A stretch of 64,000 nucleotides of DNA from Chloroflexota bacterium (GTDB taxonomy: Bacteria; Chloroflexota; Anaerolineae; J102), in contig JAADII010000080.1 of NCBI GenBank assembly GCA_013151415.1, positions 2,115 through 66,114 on the forward strand, given 5' to 3'. The translations under genes were made by a program, and so were the position numbers. How positions within the stretch are numbered: position 1 is the stretch's first letter; every line of letters starts with the position of its first letter. Under the pieces are notes generated by a model. It had not been told where the DNA came from. It ran no database searches and saw only the letters and a list, made by a program, of their open reading frames with translations. This document shows positions 19,333 to 26,932 of the stretch, piece after piece.

Positions 19333-20562
19333 ATGCACACAAGCACCCGCATCATCCACGAAAACGAACAACGCCTCGAGCAACATGGCGCGATCAACCC
19401 GCCCATTTATCACGCCTCGCTCTTCGCCTTTCCCTCTATGCAGGCCTTTCTCGATTTTCGAGCCGGCCGCAGCGAGCGCTTTCTCTATACGCGCGAGGGC
19501 AATCCCACCATTCGCGCTTTGGAAGAAAAAATCGCCATGCTGGAAGGGGCGGACGACTGCATCGCCACCGCCTCGGGCATGGGAGCAATCACGGCCGCGA
19601 TCATGGCCACGGTGCGGGCGGGCGATCACGCGCTGGTGGTCGATAGCTGCTATGGCCCCACGCGTGAGTTTCTCGACGACCTCATGGCCGGGCTGGGCGT
19701 GGAAACAACCTATTTCCATCCCGAGCAACGCGACCTGTCCTCCTATTTTCGCGACAACACCCGCTTGCTCTATCTGGAATCGCCGGGAAGCCTTTCTTTC
19801 CACATCCTCGACTTGCCCGCGCTTTGCCGTCAGGCCCGCGAGCGTGGAGTCGCGACCATTGTGGACAATAGTTGGGCCACGCCCCTTTATCAGCAGCCGC
19901 ACGACTTGGGCGCAGACATCGTGGTGCATTCAGGGACGAAATATATCGCCGGACATTCCGACCTGGTTTTAGGGCTGATCACTGCCAATGGTGAACGAGC
20001 CGAGCGATTACGCGAAGTGGCCATCCTCTTGGGCGCGACGTTAGGCCCGGCCGAGGCTTTTCTGGCCCTGCGCGGGTTGCGCACCCTGCCTATCCGCATG
20101 GAAAAACACCAGAAAAACGGTCTCGCGGTGGCTCACTGGTTGGAGCAACATCCCAAAGTCCGCCGCGTCATGCATCCGGGCCTGCCTTCTTTTCCCGGCC
20201 ATCAATTGGCCAGGCAGCAGATGTCCGGCTGGTCGAGTTTATTTAGCTTCGAATTGCTCCCACCAGGCACGCCTGAACAACGCCATCGTTTCATGGACGG
20301 CCTGAAGCTTTTTTCCATTGGCGTCAGTTGGGGCGGTTACGAGAGCCTTATTATTCCTCTGCTTTATGAGAACGAGAGCAAGCGCGCGCGCCTGAGCCGC
20401 ATTGGCCTCAACGACGATTGCTATCGCATCTCCATCGGCCTGGAAAACCCTGACGATCTCATCGCAGACCTCGCTCAGGCGCTGGAAAGGTATGAAACAT
20501 GCAATCACTGTCAAGAACCACCATCACCAACGCAACGCGATTCGCTTACCCAACTCGAATAG
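19333..20562 (+). CDS. Cys/Met-metabolism PLP-dependent enzyme (cystathionine gamma-synthase / methionine gamma-lyase / cystathionine beta-lyase family)
   Basis: 409 aa. The PLP-lysine motif 'HSGTKYIAGHSD' and the N-terminal 'NPPIYHASLFAF' fit this family. Confidence 0.8.
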   Translation: MHTSTRIIHENEQRLEQHGAINPPIYHASLFAFPSMQAFLDFRAGRSERFLYTREGNPTIRALEEKIAMLEGADDCIATASGMGAITAAIMATVRAGDHALVVDSCYGPTREFLDDLMAGLGVETTYFHPEQRDLSSYFRDNTRLLYLESPGSLSFHILDLPALCRQARERGVATIVDNSWATPLYQQPHDLGADIVVHSGTKYIAGHSDLVLGLITANGERAERLREVAILLGATLGPAEAFLALRGLRTLPIRMEKHQKNGLAVAHWLEQHPKVRRVMHPGLPSFPGHQLARQQMSGWSSLFSFELLPPGTPEQRHRFMDGLKLFSIGVSWGGYESLIIPLLYENESKRARLSRIGLNDDCYRISIGLENPDDLIADLAQALERYETCNHCQEPPSPTQRDSLTQLE

Positions 20563-22764
20563 CCAGGCGACGAGATGAAGCGCGCGGGGAGATGGCGTTG
20601 AATCGAGCAGGGGATAGTCGTTCTGCGCGGAAATGTCCGGCCCGCGCAGGTGAAGGGTGAGCAAAGCCGCGGGGTCGCGGGGGGAGGAGGAGATGGGAGG
20701 CCGGGGAATGACAGCCACGCGAACGGCCTCGTTGGGCCGGGGTTCGACTTCCCCTTCCCACACGATTTCCCCGGCTATGGACGCGGTCAGGACGCAAGGG
20801 CCGGGCGAATCCAACCGGTCGTTCACCACCCAAAGCTCAACGCGCTCATCCAGGATACGCGCAAGGGGCGCGACGGGCGCATAAGAGCGACGCACCTGCT
20901 CGTAAGCCCGTTTTGGCGGCTCCCAATAAGGCGCCACGCTCCAACAAATTGCAGGCCAGGGTTCGTTCCATTGCCAGATGAAACAACCCACGCCATCTTC
21001 GCGCAGGCGATAACTCTCCATGCCCACCTGCAAACCCCGCGCCTGGGCCTCTTGCGACGCGGCCACGAACGTTTCCAGATCGGTTTGTTCGGGATCGACG
21101 GAAAGGAACAGACGTGCATAATGCCGCAGCTTCTCCCACTCGGCCTTTCGCTTACGCCAGCCCGGACCGGGCGGCCAAAGATGGTCGGGGGGCAGCATCT
21201 CGGCCAGGGTTTGCACGGACGGCGGCGCAGCCAGACCGAATTCACTGAGCAAGGGCGCGGGGTCTTGAGCATAGGCCCGGATGGGCGCTTTGCCGTGCCA
21301 GACCTTCCAATTATGACTGTCCCCCGGCCCCGGCGAAGCAGGACGCCACAGCCGCGAGGGGTCTTCTTGGGCCACGGTTTCACTCAGTGCACCCGAGAGG
21401 CGCTTATGCCGTCCCGGCCCCCACTCGTTGCCGCCCACCCACATCATCAGAGAGGGATGTCCGCGCAGCTTGCGCACCATGCCGCGCGTCTCGCGTCGCG
21501 CCAGGGCCAGAAACGCCTCGTCCTCGGGCAAATGATCCATGAATACACAGGCGATGGGCAATTCTTGCCACACCAAAAGACCCAGTTCATCGCAGATGTC
21601 GTAGAAGACCTCGCGCTCGCGGCCGCCCCCGCCCCACACCCGGATGGCGTTCACGCCCGCATCCGCCGCGGCCTGCAAAAAGGCGCGCATCCGCGCTTCC
21701 TCGTCTTCACCCCCGCGCAGCAAATCCAACGAAGTCCAGTTGACGCCTCGCAAGCGCAGGCGATGGCCATTGAGCAACAGGGCCGCGGCGCGACCATAGC
21801 CATCCCAACCAATGGTTCTGGCCCCCACGCGCACGCTTCGCTCGTCCAGCAGGCCGGTTTCATCCTCTATTTGCAGCGTAAGCCGGTAAAGATGGGGAAA
21901 ACCGCGGTCATGCGTGCTCCAGGGGCGGAGATGCGCTTCGGGCCAAGCCAGACGCCGCGTTCGCCTCCCCTCTCCCGCCCTCATTTTCCAAGCCTTGTCC
22001 TGCACCTCGCCACGGAAATTGACGGGTTCGAGTCGGCCGCGAAAGCGCACCTTTCGCGGCCTGTCCGCGTCCAGCTCCACCTGAATCATCAACCCATACT
22101 CCGGCCCCCAGTCCGCGCGCGGCCAGATGTCGGCCAGCCGCACCCCGCGAGCCGTGTGCAAAATCACATCATCCCAGATGCCCGCGGCCAACAAACGCGG
22201 CGCGAAATCCCAGCCAAAATGCAACGGCGCTTTCAACGTGAGCAAGCGGTCATCGAACGCAGGCAAACCGCCTTGCAGCCATCCCGCCAGGCGTCGCGCG
22301 AGTCGCAGGCGCAGGCTATCGGGCCAGCGCGGCAACGCGCCCCCACCCCACACGCGCACGCCCAACTCGGCTTCATCGCCGCACAAGAAAGAGGTCACCT
22401 CCCATTCGCGGGCCGCGAACATGCCCGCGCCGCGACCCAATTCCTCGCCGTTCAGCGTCACCGCGGTCAGGTAGTCAATGCCCTCGAAACGCAACCAGGC
22501 CCGTTCATCCGCGCTGATGGCGGGCAAACTGACGCGATACCACCAATCGCTCTCATCCACCCAGGCCAACACCTCATCCAGATCGAGCGTGCGATAAAGG
22601 TCGGGCAACAGGCCGGCGGCCATGAGATCGCGCTGGATCGCGCCGGGAACCGAGGCCGGAAGCCAGTCCTCGGCCTGAGCGGGATCGTCCAACGCCGCAT
22701 CAAAGGGAATGCGCCCAACGCGGGCCAATTTCCAGGGGAGGTTGTGCAGCCTGGTTATAGGCAT
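20524..22764 (-). CDS. glycoside hydrolase family 2 protein (beta-mannosidase / exo-glucosaminidase-like)
   Basis: 746 aa with the GH2 sugar-binding, Ig-like and TIM-barrel order. The catalytic region carries 'NAIRVWGGG' and 'WQELP'. Confidence 0.75.
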   Translation of the reverse strand: MPITRLHNLPWKLARVGRIPFDAALDDPAQAEDWLPASVPGAIQRDLMAAGLLPDLYRTLDLDEVLAWVDESDWWYRVSLPAISADERAWLRFEGIDYLTAVTLNGEELGRGAGMFAAREWEVTSFLCGDEAELGVRVWGGGALPRWPDSLRLRLARRLAGWLQGGLPAFDDRLLTLKAPLHFGWDFAPRLLAAGIWDDVILHTARGVRLADIWPRADWGPEYGLMIQVELDADRPRKVRFRGRLEPVNFRGEVQDKAWKMRAGEGRRTRRLAWPEAHLRPWSTHDRGFPHLYRLTLQIEDETGLLDERSVRVGARTIGWDGYGRAAALLLNGHRLRLRGVNWTSLDLLRGGEDEEARMRAFLQAAADAGVNAIRVWGGGGREREVFYDICDELGLLVWQELPIACVFMDHLPEDEAFLALARRETRGMVRKLRGHPSLMMWVGGNEWGPGRHKRLSGALSETVAQEDPSRLWRPASPGPGDSHNWKVWHGKAPIRAYAQDPAPLLSEFGLAAPPSVQTLAEMLPPDHLWPPGPGWRKRKAEWEKLRHYARLFLSVDPEQTDLETFVAASQEAQARGLQVGMESYRLREDGVGCFIWQWNEPWPAICWSVAPYWEPPKRAYEQVRRSYAPVAPLARILDERVELWVVNDRLDSPGPCVLTASIAGEIVWEGEVEPRPNEAVRVAVIPRPPISSSPRDPAALLTLHLRGPDISAQNDYPLLDSTPSPRALHLVAWLFELGKRIALRW

Positions 22765-22767
22765 GAG

Positions 22768-22809
22768 GTGAGGGTGGGGTTGAGGTTGAGGTTAAGGTTG
22801 AGGTTGAGA
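22768..22809 (+). repeat. tandem hexamer repeat (GTGAGG GTGGGG GTTGAG GTTGAG GTTAAG GTTGAG GTTGAG) directly upstream of the GH2 start codon
   Basis: Seven related hexamers are read from the sequence. On the minus strand this is a CU-rich 5'UTR, (CUCAAC)n, abutting the ATG, and no canonical Shine-Dalgarno sequence is present. Confidence 0.85.
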
Positions 22810-22889
22810 GTTATCATTGTTGTCTCGTCTGAGACGGCTATACTATGCTATAATTCCCTCATCTTGACAATATCGAGGACGCGTCTACT

Positions 22890-23462
22890 GTGAATCAAAT
22901 CCTAAATTTCGTTCTAATGATGCTGATCCTGGTCATCAGCATCGCCATCCATGAATTCAGCCATGCCATCGTCGGCGACCGACTCGGTGACCCCACCCCG
23001 CGGCGACAGGGTCGCGTCACGCTCAACCCCCTCGCGCATCTCGACCGCGTGGGCACGTTGATGATCGTGATGTCATCGCTGGCCGGATTTGGCATCGGTT
23101 GGGGCAAGCCCGTGCAGGTGAACCCTTACAACTTCCGCACCACGCCCCAGGTCGGCATGGGCGTCGTGGCCGTGGCGGGGCCGATAAGCAACGTGCTGCT
23201 GGCCATTGTGGGCGCGTTGGTTTTTCAGGTGATGCAGGTCGCCCCGGGCGATTTTCTGGCCGCGTTTTTGATCAATTGGGTGATCATCAACATCGCCCTG
23301 GCCTTGTTCAATCTTCTGCCGGTGTTCCCACTGGATGGCTACAATGTGTTCGTGGCCATTCTTCACGCCCTGCGTCAGGATTGGAGCCTGCAACTGGCCC
23401 GATTTTGGCAAAAACAGGTGCAATATGGCCCCCTCTTCCTGGTCTTGCTATTGATTGATTGA
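22890..23462 (+). CDS. site-2 protease family (peptidase M50) zinc metalloprotease, small form
   Basis: 190 aa polytopic protein with 'HEFSHAIVGDRLGD' (HExxH) in TM1, and a GTG start. Confidence 0.7.
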   Translation: MNQILNFVLMMLILVISIAIHEFSHAIVGDRLGDPTPRRQGRVTLNPLAHLDRVGTLMIVMSSLAGFGIGWGKPVQVNPYNFRTTPQVGMGVVAVAGPISNVLLAIVGALVFQVMQVAPGDFLAAFLINWVIINIALALFNLLPVFPLDGYNVFVAILHALRQDWSLQLARFWQKQVQYGPLFLVLLLID

Positions 23463-23554
23463 TTGTCGATTGGCAGTTTCCCCAATTCTCGCCCATCAAA
23501 TGGGTGCTCGGCGAGCCATTGTGGGCCATCGTCAGGACGTTGTTAGGATAGAAA

Positions 23555-24073
23555 ATGAGCCGCGTCCTTCGTCGGATCGCGCGGGGGCTGGAAAACCTGT
23601 TCATTGGCTTCCGGCAAGTGGACGACGGCCCGGCCGAAGCCCTGTTGGCTCCACCGCTGCTGGCGCTGTATCGGCGCATGAGCAAAGCCGACCGCGCGCA
23701 TAGCTTGCGCGTGCTGCAATGGCTGCGCGAGCGGGGCCAGGATGACCCCGACCTGCTCGCAGCCGCGCTATTGCACGATTGCGGCAAGGCCGCGGCGCGA
23801 TTGGCCGTATGGCAACGCACGCTCAAGGTGCTGCTCAAGCGTTTCGCGCCGCGGCAATGGGAGCGGATTTCGCGGCCCGCGCAACCGGATAATTGGCGTT
23901 ATCCTTTCTACGTTCTGCGCATTCATCCGGCCCTGGGCGCGGACTGGGTGGCCGAGGCCGGGGGAGGCGAATTGCTGGTGTGGCTGATCCGCTTCCACGA
24001 AATCGACCCCGATCCCGCAGACCCGCGTTTTCCCCTGATGCGCGCGCTTCAGGACGCGGACGCGGCCGGCTGA
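23555..24073 (+). CDS. HD domain-containing phosphohydrolase
   Basis: The His at 'AHSLRV' and the 'LLHDCGK' HD motif are present. Confidence 0.6.
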   Translation: MSRVLRRIARGLENLFIGFRQVDDGPAEALLAPPLLALYRRMSKADRAHSLRVLQWLRERGQDDPDLLAAALLHDCGKAAARLAVWQRTLKVLLKRFAPRQWERISRPAQPDNWRYPFYVLRIHPALGADWVAEAGGGELLVWLIRFHEIDPDPADPRFPLMRALQDADAAG

Positions 24074-24156
24074 CAAAAGCGCAAAACGCATCTTTGGGCC
24101 CAAAACTTACCATTCTCGCCGAAAAATGGTAGACTAATAAGAAGTTCCGATGACTC

Positions 24157-24169
24157 ATTCATGATGAAT
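24157..24169 (+). promoter_or_regulatory. 13-nt palindrome 'attcatgatgaat' (candidate operator) next to an extended -10-like 'tggtagact', upstream of the three-gene islet
   Basis: Read directly from the sequence: the palindrome is 24157-24169 and the TGnTAGACT element is 24127-24136. Confidence 0.35.
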
Positions 24170-24182
24170 CGAGAGGTTGTCT

Positions 24183-24506
24183 ATGGCTACAGTACAAGCC
24201 ACGCGCGCACTTCATACTCTGCAATCCCTCTATGCAGGCGGCCTTGATGACACATTCATCGATAGGGCGTTGCAAAAAGTAGTCGAACGCCAAATAGAAC
24301 GGGACGAAACAGACCTGGCGCGTCTCGATACCGAACTCCGAGCGTTCGAGCATCGTTTTGGGCTGACTTCCGATGAATTCTGGCGTCGATACCAGGCAGG
24401 GGAAATGGAGGATAACGCAGATTTCATGGAGTGGAACGTCTTCTACAAAATGCGCCGTCGTATTCAACAACGGTTGCGTATCTTGCGAGGTGAGAATGGA
24501 TCGTGA
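24183..24506 (+). CDS. hypothetical helical protein, first gene of the low-GC three-gene islet (possible antitoxin or regulator)
   Basis: 108 aa, with 'gagagg' 6 nt upstream of the ATG. It overlaps the next gene by 4 nt (GTGA). No recognisable family from the sequence alone. Confidence 0.4.
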   Translation: MATVQATRALHTLQSLYAGGLDDTFIDRALQKVVERQIERDETDLARLDTELRAFEHRFGLTSDEFWRRYQAGEMEDNADFMEWNVFYKMRRRIQQRLRILRGENGS

Positions 24507-24892
24507 ATGAACCAGGTTCTTATCTCGTTGAGATTGATCTGGCGTTGATCGGAAGTCCTATTATCCTTGAATACCAGGTCATCCGCTCTTGGAGTAATAC
24601 CGATGACGGATACATTCGATTTCGTGCGACGCTGATCAACGGCGATTTTTTGGAGGCGGCGGAATACTTTATCATCCGACATGGCCAAATCGAAACAATC
24701 GATTATCATTATCAATGGATGGATGCAACCAAACAGCTTCTGAGGCGACGTTGGGATAGCACGCCACATTATCCAGAGTTGGAAAACTTTCCTCACCATA
24801 TTCATGACGGTGATGAGGACAATGTAATCCCCGGACAAATGATGAGCATTTTGCAGCTACTTCGCTATCTTGAAAGAACTCTATCTCAATGA
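24503..24892 (+). CDS. hypothetical protein, possibly TumE/DUF6516-like toxin-antitoxin family
   Basis: 129 aa with a GTG start. A His-rich block 'WDSTPHYPELENFPHHIHDG' resembles, from memory, the DUF6516/TumE signature (WDNAPHHPE..FPHHKH). Local GC is about 45%. Confidence 0.35.
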   Translation: MNEPGSYLVEIDLALIGSPIILEYQVIRSWSNTDDGYIRFRATLINGDFLEAAEYFIIRHGQIETIDYHYQWMDATKQLLRRRWDSTPHYPELENFPHHIHDGDEDNVIPGQMMSILQLLRYLERTLSQ

Positions 24893-25278
24893 AAACAGAT
24901 ATCCTCGGAGCAAACAACATGATGAGTTGTTCGACCGCCTCCATGTCTTTTCGGCCTTCATATCCTTGGGATTACGATATCGACGAGGCGACCTTTTTGG
25001 ATATTTTGCGCGGACGTCGCACCCTGGGTCGATTGGATCGAGACTGGGCCGCGGTGCGTTTGATAGAATACGGAACCTATTCAGACATCGTTCGTTTGCT
25101 TGGATACGATGCGCTTATCGAGGGATGGCCGCGATGGCGTTCGCGTATTCGTTCCGAAAGCACCCGGCGCGGTCTGGATTTTCTTGTGCAGTGGTTGCCA
25201 GAACATCACCCTGAACTGCTCCAGGCGCACGAAAAAGACCTCGGACGCGGACGGGAAGATTTCCATCCGCGTCCATAA
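24889..25278 (+). CDS. hypothetical protein, third gene of the islet
   Basis: 129 aa. It overlaps the previous gene by 4 nt (ATGA). No recognisable family. Confidence 0.35.
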   Translation: MKTDILGANNMMSCSTASMSFRPSYPWDYDIDEATFLDILRGRRTLGRLDRDWAAVRLIEYGTYSDIVRLLGYDALIEGWPRWRSRIRSESTRRGLDFLVQWLPEHHPELLQAHEKDLGRGREDFHPRP

Positions 25279-25286
25279 TAGGCTGA

Positions 25287-26552
25287 TCAATCGCGTTTGA
25301 AATTGCTATAATCGGGCGAGCGATAGTGGGAGACGCCCAGGCCTTCGATTTCCAGCATGGCCTGCACCTTCATGGGCAAACCGAAGAGCTTGATGAAACC
25401 CTCTGCATCCTTCTGATTATAAACATCATCCTCATCAAAAGTGACGTAATCCTCACGATAAAGACTGTACGGACTCTTGCGACCCACCAAAATCGCGTTG
25501 CCCTTGTACAGTTTGAAGCGGGCCGTGCCGGTGATGCGCTTTTCCGTGGTCTGAACGAACGCGTCCAGGGCTTCGCGCAAAGGCGTGAACCATTGGCCGT
25601 TATAGACCAGTTCCGCGTAGCGCAGGCCCACCTGCTGCTTGAAATGGAGCGTATCCTTGTCCAGGCAAAGCTGCTCCAGAGCCGCGTGGGCTTCGTAGAG
25701 CAAAGTTCCGCCTGGCGTCTCATAGACGCCGTGAGACTTCATGCCGATGAGCCGGTTTTCCACCAGATCGACGCGGCCAATGCCGTGCTTCGCGGCCAGC
25801 GCGTTCAACGATTCCATAAGCTCGACCGGGCCGTGGGCCACGCCGTCGATGCGCACAGGAACGCCCTCTTTGAAATCGATCTCCACATACTCCGGCTCGT
25901 CGGGCGCGTTTTCGGGTGCGGTGGTCACCGTATACATGGCCTCCTCCGGCTCGTTCCAGGGGTCCTCCAGCAGGCCGCCCTCGTGGCTCATGTGCCAGAG
26001 ATTGTGGTCGCGACTGTAGATGGACTCCTCGGTGGCCGCGACCGGCACGTTGAACTCCTCGGCATAGGCCAACGCGTCGCGACGCCCGCGAATATCCCAC
26101 TCGCGCCAGGGCGCGATGATCTTGAGCTTGGGATTGAGGGCCATGACCGTCAGCTCAAACCTCACCTGATCGTTGCCTTTGCCGGTCGCGCCATGAGCGA
26201 CCGCATCCGCGCCTTCTAATTCTGCGATCTCCACCATGCGCTTGGCAATGAGCGGCCGGGCCATGGACGTGCCCAAAAGATACTTGCGCTCGTAAATCGC
26301 GCCGGCCTGCATGGTGGGGAAAACATAATCGGTCAGGAATTCCAGCCGCAGGTCTTCGATGTAGATCTTGCTCGCGCCCGAGGCCAGGGCCTTCTCTTCC
26401 AGGCCCTCCAATTCTTCATATTGGCCCAGGTTGGCCGTAAAACAGACCACCTCGCAGCCGTAATTGTTGCGCAGCCAGGGCACGATGACCGAGGTGTCCA
26501 GCCCGCCCGAATAGGCGAGCACAACTTTTTGGACTTTGGGTTTCGGGGACAT
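25287..26552 (-). CDS. argG: argininosuccinate synthase
   Basis: 421 aa. The N-terminal ATP-binding motif '[13 protein letters not shown]' is present, and similarity runs the full length of ArgG. AAGGAG lies 8 nt upstream of the ATG. Confidence 0.9.
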   Translation of the reverse strand: MSPKPKVQKVVLAYSGGLDTSVIVPWLRNNYGCEVVCFTANLGQYEELEGLEEKALASGASKIYIEDLRLEFLTDYVFPTMQAGAIYERKYLLGTSMARPLIAKRMVEIAELEGADAVAHGATGKGNDQVRFELTVMALNPKLKIIAPWREWDIRGRRDALAYAEEFNVPVAATEESIYSRDHNLWHMSHEGGLLEDPWNEPEEAMYTVTTAPENAPDEPEYVEIDFKEGVPVRIDGVAHGPVELMESLNALAAKHGIGRVDLVENRLIGMKSHGVYETPGGTLLYEAHAALEQLCLDKDTLHFKQQVGLRYAELVYNGQWFTPLREALDAFVQTTEKRITGTARFKLYKGNAILVGRKSPYSLYREDYVTFDEDDVYNQKDAEGFIKLFGLPMKVQAMLEIEGLGVSHYRSPDYSNFKRD

Positions 26553-26595
26553 GAGATTGACTCCTTGTTATGAAATACGAAATAACCATGCGATA

Positions 26596-26632
26596 AAGAA
26601 AAAACCACGAGGAGAAACTCCATCGTGGTTTG
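26596..26632 (-). terminator. intrinsic terminator-like hairpin plus U6 tract, 45-80 nt upstream of the argG start on the same strand
   Basis: On the minus strand, 'aaaccacga uggaguuucucc ucgugguuu' is followed by UUUUUUC. It lies 300 nt downstream of the upstream gene's stop. Confidence 0.5.
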
Positions 26633-26932
26633 GGTGCGGGATCGAGATAGGCTCGCAGGCGCGACGTGGCGAATCAGACCTGGGGCCTGATCTCGCTCCC
26701 GATAGTCGAACGCCTGCGAATTGTTTTCATGACGCCTGCATCATACCGCATCTGGGTTGAGCTGTCAACATCCTTTCAATGAGCAGGGCGTTTCAATGTC
26801 GGGGCAAAAAAGGTGCGCGTCATTGCGAAAAGGACCTAGGCGCCCCGAAGCCATCGCCAACTCCCATAGCGGCGTCCACCTGGACGTTGGGGAATGACAC
26901 TGATGAACGCGCCCCCATTTTGAAACGCCCCC

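Noticed and set aside
20524-20562. 39-nt overlap of the convergent 3' ends of the Cys/Met PLP enzyme gene and the GH2 gene
   Set aside because: This is probably genuine, because no frame disruption is evident in either gene. It is not a frameshift or pseudogene signal and is noted only as a minor oddity.
20650-22893. 747-aa plus-strand ORF
   Set aside because: It lies entirely antisense to the GH2 glycosidase gene. Its composition (R/G/P/Q-rich) and the lack of motifs mark it as a stop-free reverse frame of a high-GC gene.
25326-26219. 297-aa plus-strand ORF
   Set aside because: Antisense shadow of argG.
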